A DNA stretch of 64,000 bases from positions 1 to 64,000 of IMG/VR virus record IMGVR_UViG_3300047666_001259. One strand, given 5' to 3'. Below the pieces are notes generated by a model that saw only the letters and a list, made by a program, of their open reading frames with translations, was not told where the DNA came from and searched no databases. The stretch's first letter is position 1. Each line of letters opens with the position of its first letter. This document shows positions 8,998 to 19,058 of the stretch, piece after piece. Origin of the DNA: a virus. The position numbers and the translations under genes are program-made.

Positions 8998-9950
8998 GAT
9001 TTATTTGTCATCTTCACTGGCTTAAGAACCATATATTTGTTTTTACTAAACTCCATTAGATAATGCTGACCGTTCTGATCTTTCACTAGATTGTCGTGAT
9101 TATTATGTCTAACTTTAATTAAAAGCTGATTTTTCTTTTCTTGTTTCTTGTATTCACTTAAAACTTGAAGAGTCATTGATCTAGCTATTTCCTCCATTTG
9201 ACTTCTAGGATCATTATACTGCTGCTGTTGCTGTTGCTGAGAATACTGCATGTATTCATTCTGCTGTAAGTTTGGAGCTTGCTGACCATACTGTTGTTGC
9301 ATCATCTGTTGCTCCATTGGCATGTTAGGTTTATATCCTATGTCTTGCTGCTGTTCTTGTTGATTATAGTTGTTGTAATCAAGCTGTTGCTGTTGTGGGT
9401 GTCTTTGCTGATTTTGAAGAATCATTTGTCTCGGATCAAAATTATTAGCACCTTTCTGTGCATACATTTGATCTAAGTCAATATCATTATTCTGTTGATA
9501 CCCCATTTGAGGAACTTGGTTATAACCCATTTGTTGCTGTTGCCCTCCGCCATAAGCGTCAAGAGACCTTCTCCCACCGCTTCCACCAAACAATCCAGCA
9601 ATAGCGTCAAGTTCACTGTTTCCTGTAGATTTAGGAGGGCCAAACTTTGCAACTTCAACTTTTGGATTCCTTGTATCAAGAGGTCTGTTATCTCTACCTA
9701 CTTTAGGCTCTGGAATAGCGTTGAAAGTAGCAGCGCCTTGAGGCATTGATTGCTGACCACCACCACCTTTACTATTGGTGTTGAATCTTGTAAATTTAGA
9801 CACTTCATCTCTCATCTGCCCACTTCTTAGTTTAGCAAATCTATCACTCATTCCTCCTGCCGAAGGAGCGCCTCCTAACATTCCAGCTCCTTCAGGAATT
9901 CCGCTTTGCTTCCATCTTTCTTGTAGCATTGTCATTTTTGGGTCATTCAT
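8994..9950 (-). CDS. Q/G/M-rich low-complexity protein
   Basis: Poly-Q tracts and QMGY repeats; start MNDPK (9950). Confidence 0.75.
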   Translation of the reverse strand: MNDPKMTMLQERWKQSGIPEGAGMLGGAPSAGGMSDRFAKLRSGQMRDEVSKFTRFNTNSKGGGGQQSMPQGAATFNAIPEPKVGRDNRPLDTRNPKVEVAKFGPPKSTGNSELDAIAGLFGGSGGRRSLDAYGGGQQQQMGYNQVPQMGYQQNNDIDLDQMYAQKGANNFDPRQMILQNQQRHPQQQQLDYNNYNQQEQQQDIGYKPNMPMEQQMMQQQYGQQAPNLQQNEYMQYSQQQQQQQYNDPRSQMEEIARSMTLQVLSEYKKQEKKNQLLIKVRHNNHDNLVKDQNGQHYLMEFSKNKYMVLKPVKMTNKS

Positions 9951-10476
9951 AGTCTTCTTCGTTATCTTCTGAAATAACATCTTCAACGTCTAGTCCATAT
10001 TCGTCTAAAGATATTACTTCAAAGTCAGTTTTTGTTTTTTTATCTTTTTGGTAAGCATCACTCAATAACTCACCATTCAATTCTTCTTCCGTTTGAAACC
10101 TTACATTGGTAATTATAAATTCGTGAAGAAACTTAAATTTCTTATAAATAATGTCACCTTCTGGATTTTCGATAAAATCATTGGTTTTTTTTAAATGTAC
10201 TTCTCTTCCTTCAATGATTGAAATGAAAATATTATACTGTTCTTGATCCATTTCTAGCTTGCATGTTAAAAAATAACTTCCAGAAATATCTCTTGCTTTT
10301 CTGAATTTTACTTTCCCCACTTCTCCCTCTACCATCATCTTCAAGTCTTGATAACTTTCTTGTTCTATCTCTTGGTAAGACACGGAATCACCGTAAAATT
10401 CTTCAAACTCATTTTTACTACCTCCGAATTTAATATCTAGTAGGAGCTTTACGGTCTCTTCTTGTTTTATTGGCAT
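9943..10476 (-). CDS. Hypothetical acidic protein
   Basis: Track ORF; start uncertain, MPIKQ chosen to minimise overlap. Confidence 0.6.
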   Translation of the reverse strand: MPIKQEETVKLLLDIKFGGSKNEFEEFYGDSVSYQEIEQESYQDLKMMVEGEVGKVKFRKARDISGSYFLTCKLEMDQEQYNIFISIIEGREVHLKKTNDFIENPEGDIIYKKFKFLHEFIITNVRFQTEEELNGELLSDAYQKDKKTKTDFEVISLDEYGLDVEDVISEDNEEDYE

Positions 10477-10756
10477 ATCTGTAAATTGTTGCATCTTGTG
10501 TTTCTTCATTCCACCAAGCATAGAATCTTTCACTCCTTTTCTTACTCATGTAAAAAAGGCTTGAAATAAATTCACCAATATCAATACTTTCAATATTATC
10601 GATAAGAAATTCCTTTTCTTTTTTTATAAAGTCATCTACCTCCTCAATATCATTGAGGATTTTTCGAGACTCCTTAAAATCAAGTTCAATCCAATACCGT
10701 ATTTCTTTCCGAAAAGTGTTATGGTTTTCCATTATTTCCTGAATACTATGCTTCAT
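10430..10756 (-). CDS. Hypothetical protein
   Basis: Track ORF; ATG start MKHSIQ. Confidence 0.6.
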   Translation of the reverse strand: MKHSIQEIMENHNTFRKEIRYWIELDFKESRKILNDIEEVDDFIKKEKEFLIDNIESIDIGEFISSLFYMSKKRSERFYAWWNEETQDATIYRYANKTRRDRKAPTRY

Positions 10757-10794
10757 GTCCAACAAGGTAAGTAAAGAAATAAAAAAACTAAAGA

Positions 10795-11478
10795 TTACTT
10801 GGTAGATTCTGTCATGCCCACTGGAGCCATACCAGCTCCGACTTGAGGATTAGCATCGCTAAAGTTATCACCAGCATCACTAGCAGGGTTAGCTCCGACT
10901 TGAGCTTCAGGTTGGTTGGTTTGAATATCTACTTCGGAAGAAGATTTACTCATCTTTTCTCTCCATTCTTGTTGCCACCCACTATAGTAGTCTTGAAGGG
11001 TCGTGATGATTGCCTTGTTTTCTTGGTTTATAGCTACAGGTTGATCCGCCATAATCTTCATTCCATTTTGTAATGAGAATATCCATTTAATAGCTCCATT
11101 GTCAGGCATGTTAATACTACCTGAAGCAAAAGCCTCAGCGCCTTGAGTATTCATTAACAGTTTCATAAAATGACCGTTATCCTGAGTGTCAAATGCAATC
11201 GTTGCGTTTGGAATACTAGCAACAACTTGTTCCATAGCATTTTCAAATTCTTTTATTTCAGCAGTAGTAACCTTAGGTAAAGAATCAACAGCTTCTCTTA
11301 GGTTGAATTTTTTCTGAATCCCATCAAATGAGTTTCCGTCAAAAACAATTCTTTCAATTTCTTCCGAACTTAAATCTGGGGCATCAAAAGATGATTTCTT
11401 ATTTTTCTCCTGCATTATTCTTGATGCATTTGTAAAAATAGATTTCTGTATTTTTTCTCTTAGTTCTCTCTTTGTCAT
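10795..11478 (-). CDS. Hypothetical protein, putative virion
   Basis: 227 aa in the late operon with the endolysin. Confidence 0.7.
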   Translation of the reverse strand: MTKRELREKIQKSIFTNASRIMQEKNKKSSFDAPDLSSEEIERIVFDGNSFDGIQKKFNLREAVDSLPKVTTAEIKEFENAMEQVVASIPNATIAFDTQDNGHFMKLLMNTQGAEAFASGSINMPDNGAIKWIFSLQNGMKIMADQPVAINQENKAIITTLQDYYSGWQQEWREKMSKSSSEVDIQTNQPEAQVGANPASDAGDNFSDANPQVGAGMAPVGMTESTK

Positions 11479-11480
11479 AA

Positions 11481-11984
11481 TTAAATGTTGTTAATGAAGA
11501 ATGCTGACTTCTCCCATAAATACTTGTATTGATTAACAATAGTCTTTCTGATCATTTTTTTAACCTCTTCTTTAGTTAAGTGATCAGCAGTATCTCTTTT
11601 TTTAGAATAGTCTTGAAGAGCTTTCTTCATTTCATCCTTTACAATTCTTCTAATGTCTGTTTCAGACATTTCTTTTGTTCTAGCCTCATTTAAAGAAAGA
11701 TCAAAATCACCAATCATATCAGTGTGCATGTTAACGGTTTCAGGCTCAGGATTCATTTCATTATTAAGAGTTTCAATAATCCCTATCATAACATCCCTAA
11801 TCTCCTCAATGTCTTCGTAAGACACATAACCCCTCTCAACTCCATAGTCCATCCACACTTTGGTTAATATCTTATCAATAGCATCCCAATAATCTTCTTC
11901 ATTACCTTCCCATGCAATCCACAAAGTCTGTAGAAAACCATCCTCCTCAAAGAAGTGCATTATTTCGTTTTTAGTTGCTAACAT
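11481..11984 (-). CDS. Hypothetical protein
   Basis: 167 aa; IRRIVKDE motif; TAATG-coupled to the endolysin. Confidence 0.7.
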   Translation of the reverse strand: MLATKNEIMHFFEEDGFLQTLWIAWEGNEEDYWDAIDKILTKVWMDYGVERGYVSYEDIEEIRDVMIGIIETLNNEMNPEPETVNMHTDMIGDFDLSLNEARTKEMSETDIRRIVKDEMKKALQDYSKKRDTADHLTKEEVKKMIRKTIVNQYKYLWEKSAFFINNI

Positions 11985-12889
11985 TATCTTCCGTATTTAT
12001 TAGCTAATCTGTTTAGCATCTCGATAATTCTGTGATCAGGGTAAAGGTCGAACTTATCCTTACGGACTGAAGTATGTGACCAAATACCATCTTTCTTGTT
12101 TTTGATAACACTTGGGTCAAAATCAAACCATGAGTAATCAAAACTAGATTGTACATTAATGTTGTAGGTTCTAATTAGGTGATCTAGAAGTAATTCAGTT
12201 GCTGTGATTTGATCTTCGGTAAAAGCTTCAAAATAATGAAATCCCCTGAATTCTCTCTGTAAGGAATAAACTTTTGAAGGGTCAACTGTGGTATTGGAGA
12301 AGTTTCCCGGCCATGCGTAGAATTTATCCCCCTTCTTTTTGAGTGGCCCGTAATTACAGATTTCAATCCCAACTGAAGCTTTATCTAGTTTTCCTTTTGT
12401 TCCCTTTACGCCTAAGTGATAACTCCAATATTTTGGATTAAAACACTCAAATATATTTCCTCCGTATCCGTCAATAACATAAGCGGTGGCGATTCTTGGC
12501 TGATTGCCATCCCAGTAATCAATAACCCCTTTAGCGTTAGCGGAACCAGCCGTAAAGTGTAGGTAAAGTTGATTCTTATCGTGAACTTGCTTGATATACT
12601 GACTACTAGATAGTTTGTGGTCTCTATTTATTTCGAAGTTATACTTTTGATCTGGCAGAGGATTTCTGTTCTCTTTAGAGCTTCTCTTCTGAGCAGCTTT
12701 AAGAGCCTCAAAAGTCTCGTCTCCAATAATCCCATCATTCATTAGACCATATCTTTTCTGAAAAGCCTTAACTGATCTTTGAGTCTTCTTTCCGAAGCTA
12801 CCATCAATAACTAAATCATAGCCCAACATAGACAAAAGCTTTTGTGCTTCAGCTATCTTTTCATTTCTATCGCCTATCTGTAATAACAT
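11984..12889 (-). CDS. Endolysin: PG_binding_1 domain plus N-acetylmuramoyl-L-alanine amidase (Amidase_2)
   Basis: DGSFGKKT..VKAFQ..GL..DGIIG..T; LHFTAG, WSYHLG, SVGIEICN, WSH...KDK.D. Confidence 0.9.
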   Translation of the reverse strand: MLLQIGDRNEKIAEAQKLLSMLGYDLVIDGSFGKKTQRSVKAFQKRYGLMNDGIIGDETFEALKAAQKRSSKENRNPLPDQKYNFEINRDHKLSSSQYIKQVHDKNQLYLHFTAGSANAKGVIDYWDGNQPRIATAYVIDGYGGNIFECFNPKYWSYHLGVKGTKGKLDKASVGIEICNYGPLKKKGDKFYAWPGNFSNTTVDPSKVYSLQREFRGFHYFEAFTEDQITATELLLDHLIRTYNINVQSSFDYSWFDFDPSVIKNKKDGIWSHTSVRKDKFDLYPDHRIIEMLNRLANKYGR

Positions 12890-12982
12890 TCTTCGCTTGT
12901 TTTAAACTAAATAGTGGGATATTTCTGATATCGATACCAACCTTATGCAACAAACTACCATTTTTTACGTTATATTTATAGT

Positions 12983-13273
12983 ATGGACAGAATACAGAAG
13001 AGAATAGACGAAATAGACAACAAGCTTGATCATTATTTTTCAGAAGGTCAGAAATTATCTGGCTTGATAATAATGGCGCTTTGCACCTTGTTTTGCTTAT
13101 CTCTAGGAGAAGGGACACTATTACAGAACATGTTTATGTTCCTCAACGTTAGTTTCCTTATTGGATTTGCAATCGATTTTGGAATTACTTTCAAAAAATT
13201 CAGATACAATTCGCAAAATAAGAAAATAACAATATCTCTAAAAGACAATTTCATAAACGAAACTTTCAAATAA
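12983..13273 (+). CDS. Two-TM membrane protein
   Basis: Two hydrophobic helices; divergent from the endolysin. Confidence 0.6.
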   Translation: MDRIQKRIDEIDNKLDHYFSEGQKLSGLIIMALCTLFCLSLGEGTLLQNMFMFLNVSFLIGFAIDFGITFKKFRYNSQNKKITISLKDNFINETFK

Positions 13274-13680
13274 TGGTGACTAAACTTAAAATTCAAAACG
13301 ATCCCGATAAGCAAAAATCTATCAGAATTCTTGATATTTTTAAAAAGAAAACGGGACTTGATCTTATGGATCACTGCTTAGTGAAAGTAAGTTCTTGTAA
13401 GAAATTTGAATTGGTCTATGTCTTCTTAAACACCTCAAACCTTAACTCTCTTATTGGTGTAATTTTAGAAGAGAACATCACAATCTATGAAAAAGCGGAT
13501 TACACCGAAAGAATCGCAAACAAAGTTAAGAACGGAAAGCTTTTGCAATTCAAAAGCGAGTTTGTTTGTGAGCCGCAGATAAACGATAACTTTTCAAAAA
13601 TTATCGAAAATAACATTCCTCAAGAATTAGTTGTCAAGAAAATTGCCCTAGAAGCCTTTGGAGATTTACAATTAAATTAG
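13273..13680 (+). CDS. Hypothetical protein
   Basis: TAATG coupling; 135 aa. Confidence 0.7.
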   Translation: MVTKLKIQNDPDKQKSIRILDIFKKKTGLDLMDHCLVKVSSCKKFELVYVFLNTSNLNSLIGVILEENITIYEKADYTERIANKVKNGKLLQFKSEFVCEPQINDNFSKIIENNIPQELVVKKIALEAFGDLQLN

Positions 13681-13683
13681 GAC

Positions 13684-13709
13684 AAAAAAAAGCCAGCGTT
13701 TAACTGGCT
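13684..13709 (-). terminator. Rho-independent terminator
   Basis: AGCCAG-7 nt-CTGGCT with a T-run on the minus strand, downstream of 13734..14240. Confidence 0.7.
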
Positions 13710-13733
13710 CCCTGTTTCATATAATTAATTTCT

Positions 13734-14240
13734 TTACATTCCTGCGGTATTCGAAGTGGCTCCTGCTCCAAAGTCTGCCATTGACACTCCACTCTGTGCT
13801 TGCTTCACAAATACTTTGTAATCCATTGGTTGGATCATCTCCATGAAAGTTCTTCTAAGAACTTGAATATCACTTCTATCGGAAAAACCAAACTGCTTAA
13901 TCAAACTACTCATATCGGTAGGTAGTGCTTGCACTAATGCTTTTGAAATCTCAACATAAGCCATATCTTTAGCTTTATATGCCTGAGTCAATTGAGCAAG
14001 CTCGTTTCTTCTCATTTCAGCATACGCCTTCTTTGCTTTGCTGAATTTCCCCATTCCGAACAATTCATCAAGCTCCGCACCGTCATACATTTCGTTGACG
14101 ATAGTTTTGATCTTATCTTTTTTGATTCTAATCTCATCAAGCCTATCTTGTCCAACAGACCCTAATAGGTCTTTTTTAAGACCTTCTGCTTCTTCTTTGA
14201 TAAGTTGCTTCACAAAGCTATTTTTAAGTTTAAATTTCAT
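13734..14240 (-). CDS. Putative virion internal protein
   Basis: N-terminal KQLIKEE and LDELFG; TATTTA at 14260-14265. Confidence 0.65.
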   Translation of the reverse strand: MKFKLKNSFVKQLIKEEAEGLKKDLLGSVGQDRLDEIRIKKDKIKTIVNEMYDGAELDELFGMGKFSKAKKAYAEMRRNELAQLTQAYKAKDMAYVEISKALVQALPTDMSSLIKQFGFSDRSDIQVLRRTFMEMIQPMDYKVFVKQAQSGVSMADFGAGATSNTAGM

Positions 14241-14277
14241 GGTTACATTCGTTTTTATTTAAATAGCAACAAAAAAC

Positions 14278-16236
14278 TTATTTCCTCATCATTAAAGCCT
14301 CTTTTAATACTTGCATAATATTATCTCCTTCAATAACATTTGATTTTATGCTGTAATCTCTGTTATCTTGGACTTTCGAAACCACTTGAGCTTTTTGCTT
14401 AAGTAGTTCGTGGATAATCTCGTCTACTGTTCCTTTAGTTAAATAGGTGATAATTTGAACATTATCATGAGTAGTAGTTGCTCTGTGGATTCTATCTTCC
14501 GCCTGTTCCATGTCGGCAGGAGACCAAGCCTGACCAATGAATATTAATTTATTAGCAGAAGTTAAAGTAATACCTACACCAGCAGAGTCAATAGTTCCAG
14601 CAAAGATGTGAATGTTATCTTTCTTCTGAAAATCATTCACGGCAGCATGTTTATCTTGAGCTGACATCGTACCATCATGAACAACACAGTCATCTCCAAA
14701 CATCTCTTTCAACTGTCTGCCTGTCTCTAAGTAATTGAAGAACACAACGATCTTATCCTTTGATTCGATTATGTCATCTATCAATTCTTTCGCCTCTTTT
14801 AATTTTAGAATTTCAGTATAACTTTTAAGCTTGTGAATTTTTTCAATAAAAGTTTGCTCTCTTTCATCTTCTTCTCCTTGATCGTTGATTATAGCAACCA
14901 TTTCATCTTCTAAAGCATAATATTCCTTTTCTTGCTTTGGAGTCATCATCAAAGGAATCTCGGTAAAGGTTTTCTCTGGAATCTCAGTAAGAACATCTTT
15001 CTTACGTCTTCTCAAAAAGAAAGGAGACATTCGTTCATATAGCTCCTCAAGATTTGAGGCTCCATCATATTTCCATCCGAAAGTATCGTCAAATGCAGCT
15101 GCATATCGAACTCCAAAATCATGATATGAATTCCAAGTTTCTGGATCAAGAAAATTCAAAGGAACGAAAAGCTCAATAGGTCTGTTTTTAATAATAGTAC
15201 CTGACATTAAAATCTTCTGCTCAATCTCCCGCATAGACTTGGTGATGATTTGAGTCCACCCAGTAGTTCTTTCTTTAATTCTATGGCACTCATCGATGAT
15301 TAACAAATCATAATCAGAAGGATCAAGCCTTTCACCTTTTTTTGTTTCAAAATAAGCTACACCATTAATTCTGGACTTAAACGTGCCTTTCCCTTTACAG
15401 TTTGGGCAATCCTTATACCCTTTTTTGATATCAGTGATTTCCAAACCACATTTCTTCCACTTCTTACTTGGCTTATCATAAGCTTGACCAGAACATTTAT
15501 GTTTGTATTCTAACTTTATAAATGTTGAGACACTTTCAAAATTAGTGATATGAAACAAAGACTCTTCTTTGGAATTGTTGATCATCCCACTTTTTTTAGT
15601 AGGATGGAAATTGAAAATATGACCTTGTTCTTGAGTCCATTTCTCAATCTCTTCCCTCCACATAAGTTTTAGGGAGGCGGGGCATATTACTAATGTTTTT
15701 AATTTATGCTTAGTGGCATAAGCAATTCCTTGAGGAGTTTTTCCGACACCGGGTTGATCTCCAATGATTGCTCTTCCCTTATTGAGTTCCAAAAACCTTA
15801 GACCTTGCTTTTGGTATTTATAAAGTTCCCACCCTTCATTCAAGAAGTCGTAAGTCTCGTTTTCTATATCAAACCCATCTACTCTTTCTTTCAAAATATT
15901 TGCAATCCTTCTTTGTCTAGATTTGTATGCATTCACTAGTTCGGCAACCTCCTCCTTCATCACATTCTGAAGTTGAAACTCATATCCGTTATCACGAAGA
16001 AAGGAAATTAAGTTTCCAATCTGAACAGGTTTAACAACTCTAATCCAGTCATCAACCTCACTACCGTTTTTGTAAATCTTATCCACACGAGTAGTCATGT
16101 GACCTTTGGGGAATGATTTCAAATAAGCTAACAATCTTTTGTCATAATCAAATCTGATTTCAAAGTTCTTAACTTTCTTTTGAATATAAACAGTGGTTAG
16201 TTTTTTAACTCCCCCTTTTTTGGCTTTCCTTGGCAT
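14278..16236 (-). CDS. SNF2-family (SMARCAL1/HARP-like) helicase with Zn-ribbon insert
   Basis: GDQPGVGKT, ICPASLK..W, DECH, MSGT, GVGITLT, W.PA.MEQAEDRIHR. Confidence 0.9.
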   Translation of the reverse strand: MPRKAKKGGVKKLTTVYIQKKVKNFEIRFDYDKRLLAYLKSFPKGHMTTRVDKIYKNGSEVDDWIRVVKPVQIGNLISFLRDNGYEFQLQNVMKEEVAELVNAYKSRQRRIANILKERVDGFDIENETYDFLNEGWELYKYQKQGLRFLELNKGRAIIGDQPGVGKTPQGIAYATKHKLKTLVICPASLKLMWREEIEKWTQEQGHIFNFHPTKKSGMINNSKEESLFHITNFESVSTFIKLEYKHKCSGQAYDKPSKKWKKCGLEITDIKKGYKDCPNCKGKGTFKSRINGVAYFETKKGERLDPSDYDLLIIDECHRIKERTTGWTQIITKSMREIEQKILMSGTIIKNRPIELFVPLNFLDPETWNSYHDFGVRYAAAFDDTFGWKYDGASNLEELYERMSPFFLRRRKKDVLTEIPEKTFTEIPLMMTPKQEKEYYALEDEMVAIINDQGEEDEREQTFIEKIHKLKSYTEILKLKEAKELIDDIIESKDKIVVFFNYLETGRQLKEMFGDDCVVHDGTMSAQDKHAAVNDFQKKDNIHIFAGTIDSAGVGITLTSANKLIFIGQAWSPADMEQAEDRIHRATTTHDNVQIITYLTKGTVDEIIHELLKQKAQVVSKVQDNRDYSIKSNVIEGDNIMQVLKEALMMRK

Positions 16237-16558
16237 CTCTTGCTTTTTTTAAATTCTCAATTTTCCTCGCATGCTTTGTTTTCACGTTCTCAATTTTTTG
16301 TAATTCTTTTTCGATTTCCAATTCAATCAAGTCACGCTTTCTTTCTTTTCCAAGATCGAGTTGCACTTTTGATCTAGTTACATCACAAATAAATTTTATC
16401 TGACCAAGATATTTCCTAGTATCTTTGGAACCCTCAATTTCATTCTTCATTGCTCTCTCGGCACGAGGTTCTAATTTATTCATGATCTCATCAATTTTGT
16501 AAACAAAATCCATGACACTATAATGGCGCATCTGCTCTAATTCTTCCAGAGTAAACAT
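16205..16558 (-). CDS. Small basic helical protein, possibly histone-H1/Hc1-like
   Basis: AERAMKNEIEGSKDTRKYL..IK...R..VQ resembles the Hc1-like N..AG.R.RK motif. Confidence 0.4.
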   Translation of the reverse strand: MFTLEELEQMRHYSVMDFVYKIDEIMNKLEPRAERAMKNEIEGSKDTRKYLGQIKFICDVTRSKVQLDLGKERKRDLIELEIEKELQKIENVKTKHARKIENLKKARDAKESQKRGS

Positions 16559-16596
16559 AATATAATTTAGTTTATTTATATAAGAAAATCAACCCC

Positions 16597-16971
16597 TTAC
16601 TTAAGGAGCTTTAAGAGTTCTTCTGGAGACTTGTCATCGATGTATTTTTTAGCTTGACCTTGCTGCATCTGTCTCTTCCGAATTATATCTCCAACCGTCA
16701 CATGTTCTCTGACAGCTATTTGAGAATCAATAGCAAACCTATCGTCTGTATAAAGATCGGGTTCAATCTTTATAAAAGCCTTCCCATTCATCTCAATATC
16801 ATTTTCCAAGGCTGTTGTCCAGAATATTCCTAGAATGTCGTCATCATTCTTAAACTGCTCCGCCAGTTCTTCGGGAGAGCTTAATAGTCTATGTGTTTTT
16901 TGATCTTTTTCGATGATAGCAAGATTACTTCTGAAATAATCCTGCACCCCTTCTTTGCTGTAGTATGACAT
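16597..16971 (-). CDS. Hypothetical protein
   Basis: 124-aa ORF. Confidence 0.7.
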   Translation of the reverse strand: MSYYSKEGVQDYFRSNLAIIEKDQKTHRLLSSPEELAEQFKNDDDILGIFWTTALENDIEMNGKAFIKIEPDLYTDDRFAIDSQIAVREHVTVGDIIRKRQMQQGQAKKYIDDKSPEELLKLLK

Positions 16972-17021
16972 TATAGAATAAATTTTTTATTCTATAATGT
17001 ATACAAAAACAATATAAAAAC

Positions 17022-17048
17022 AAAAGACCCTTAAAAATAAGAGTCTTT
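17022..17048 (-). terminator. Probable terminator
   Basis: AAAGAC(C)CTTA...TAAG(A)GTCTTT hairpin downstream of 17093..18019. Confidence 0.5.
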
Positions 17049-17092
17049 CATTGTTGCTAGTTCATTTTCATGGCTTAGCATCTTCAGTAAAT

Positions 17093-18019
17093 TTATGAAG
17101 CTTTCATAAGAAATTCAACATCAGGTGTTGATTTGAAATTGAAGTTTCTTGGCTTAACAACAGTAGTTTCAACCTTAGCGTCTGGGTGAATTCTCCAGAT
17201 CAGTAAGGATAATTGTCTGAATGAGAAGATTCTAAACCTTTCCCACCTTGTTCTTTTAACGATAATCTCAACAACTGGTTCTTTTTTATATTTTGCTGGA
17301 AGCCCCGCTAGTATTCTCATCCTATTAGCATCCTTTTCAGAAATCCAAGATTCCTCTTTAACTTCTGGTTTTGGTTTCGGAGCAGGTTTCTCTTTTTTAA
17401 GATAAGTCTCATACCAGTTTTTAAGCCTTTTCCCTAGTCTTGGCATCCTCAATTTCTTTTTAGATTTACTCTTTTTGATAATTGCATCAGCAACTTCTTT
17501 TACTGCGTGTTCAATGTTTTCTTTCTTCTCTTGAACTAACCCTTCTGCAAAAAAACTACTACCTTTTGTAACATTAGAACTCATAACGGTGTCTCGGAAA
17601 GATCGGTGTTTCTTAAAATTACCTTCGATAAACAACTTGTCTTTCGTTTTTTCAGGACTTCTTAAATCCGCCTCTCCAGAAAACAATTCACCAATTGCAT
17701 CTAACTCAGAATGTTTTGATTGTTTTAATTTGAAATCCTGATTGAAATCTCTAACGAAAACTCTGTTTCTAGGATCAATTGGTCTGGGGTCTAATGTCCC
17801 AGACTTCGATTCCATAACAGGAACAAATGCTCCTGTGAAGTTTAATTTTGCTCCCGAAACAAATTCGGAGCTTTTTTGTTTCTTAATTGCCTCGTCTTCT
17901 TTTTTAATGAATTCTTTGTAGAACTCATTATCTTTTTTTGAAAATTTGAATCTTCCCATATCTATTAACTTTTTTCCAATTTCTGGAATTTGTAAAGTTA
18001 AATAGAGTGGTTTTTCCAA
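17093..18019 (-). CDS. Lys-rich hypothetical protein
   Basis: 308 aa; contains NRMRILAGL and ELDAIGELF, the latter resembling ELDAIAGLF in 8994..9950. Confidence 0.7.
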   Translation of the reverse strand: MEKPLYLTLQIPEIGKKLIDMGRFKFSKKDNEFYKEFIKKEDEAIKKQKSSEFVSGAKLNFTGAFVPVMESKSGTLDPRPIDPRNRVFVRDFNQDFKLKQSKHSELDAIGELFSGEADLRSPEKTKDKLFIEGNFKKHRSFRDTVMSSNVTKGSSFFAEGLVQEKKENIEHAVKEVADAIIKKSKSKKKLRMPRLGKRLKNWYETYLKKEKPAPKPKPEVKEESWISEKDANRMRILAGLPAKYKKEPVVEIIVKRTRWERFRIFSFRQLSLLIWRIHPDAKVETTVVKPRNFNFKSTPDVEFLMKAS

Positions 18020-18036
18020 AAAACGGAAAAAATAAT

Positions 18037-19023
18037 TTAGAATACTCTGTTGTTTTCCTTTAAAATAAGTTTATCCTGATAGAAATTAGAATTACACAAA
18101 GAGTGCTTTCCTCCTGCTAGGGGACAAAATTTACAAGGTTTCTCATCTAGCACCGCCTGACCACGAGAGTCTAATTTTACGCTACCATCTTTGTTTAAAG
18201 TAAACTTAGCTTTTCTGAATCTTTTATCTTTATAAATGCTTTTCAACGATCTACCGAGAGCATTTATTGCTTGTTTGATTTGTATTTGAGAAGAAGGTAT
18301 ATCAACTTCCTCAACTTCTCCGAACCCTCCTTCTGGTTTCTTTTTATTCTTCAATCTATTAAGGACAATATACTTACAATCCACATCATCTAATTCAACC
18401 CCGTTCTTTCTGCACCAGAAGTATTTATAAAATCTCATTTGCATCATAAATGCCCAATCCTTTTCTTTCCAATACATATTCCATTTTTGACCAGATGTCT
18501 TCCAGTCAATGATAATATATCTACCTGTCTCTCTATCTCTAACAACTAAATCGACAAATCCTTTGAAATAAAATCTATCATATACACTTTCGTATAAAGG
18601 CTCTTCTACTGATATGATTTCATATTTCTCAACCATATCCTCTACATCAAGAGTCTTGAGTATATTTTCTCCTTGTTCAATAAAGAACTCAAGCTTATCC
18701 GTATCTTTTGCATGAACATCATAGTCTGGGATGTTATTCATCATGTCTTTAACAAACATGTCTCGGAAGTATTTAGCTCTGCGTTCTGGCCCGAATCCTT
18801 CTTCGACACCATGTTCTATAGCTTCGTGGACAGCACTTCCAAAATATAAGTGGATAGAAGGTGGTTGTTCTACTAGTTTTAAATGCTTCTCAACCAAGTG
18901 ACGGTGCGCACATTCTGTGAAAAGTTTGAATTCAGAAAATGAAATATGGATCAATCCATCTTCTTTTCCTTTTTTCATGATCTCTTCTAACTTTTCCTTT
19001 CCTTTTATTGTATGAGTCTTCAT
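18037..19023 (-). CDS. PD-(D/E)XK nuclease (RecB/AddB/Cas4-like)
   Basis: ISFS...C, FGSAVH, FKGFVDLV, IIDWKTS, Q..FY, C-terminal CKFC..C. Confidence 0.85.
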   Translation of the reverse strand: MKTHTIKGKEKLEEIMKKGKEDGLIHISFSEFKLFTECAHRHLVEKHLKLVEQPPSIHLYFGSAVHEAIEHGVEEGFGPERRAKYFRDMFVKDMMNNIPDYDVHAKDTDKLEFFIEQGENILKTLDVEDMVEKYEIISVEEPLYESVYDRFYFKGFVDLVVRDRETGRYIIIDWKTSGQKWNMYWKEKDWAFMMQMRFYKYFWCRKNGVELDDVDCKYIVLNRLKNKKKPEGGFGEVEEVDIPSSQIQIKQAINALGRSLKSIYKDKRFRKAKFTLNKDGSVKLDSRGQAVLDEKPCKFCPLAGGKHSLCNSNFYQDKLILKENNRVF

Positions 19024-19027
19024 ATGG

Positions 19028-19035
19028 CAAAGATA
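19028..19035 (-). promoter_or_regulatory. Bacteroidota -7 element (TATCTTTG) immediately before the nuclease ATG
   Basis: TAnnTTTG 4 nt from ATG 19023, implying a leaderless mRNA. Confidence 0.65.
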
Positions 19036-19058
19036 CATAAAATTAAGGTATTTATAGA

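Noticed and set aside
12983-13273. Holin
   Set aside because: It has two TM helices, but it is divergent from the endolysin and has no diagnostic motif.
18037-19023. Cas4 of a CRISPR-Cas system
   Set aside because: No cas1, cas2 or array in the window; the context is recombination genes.
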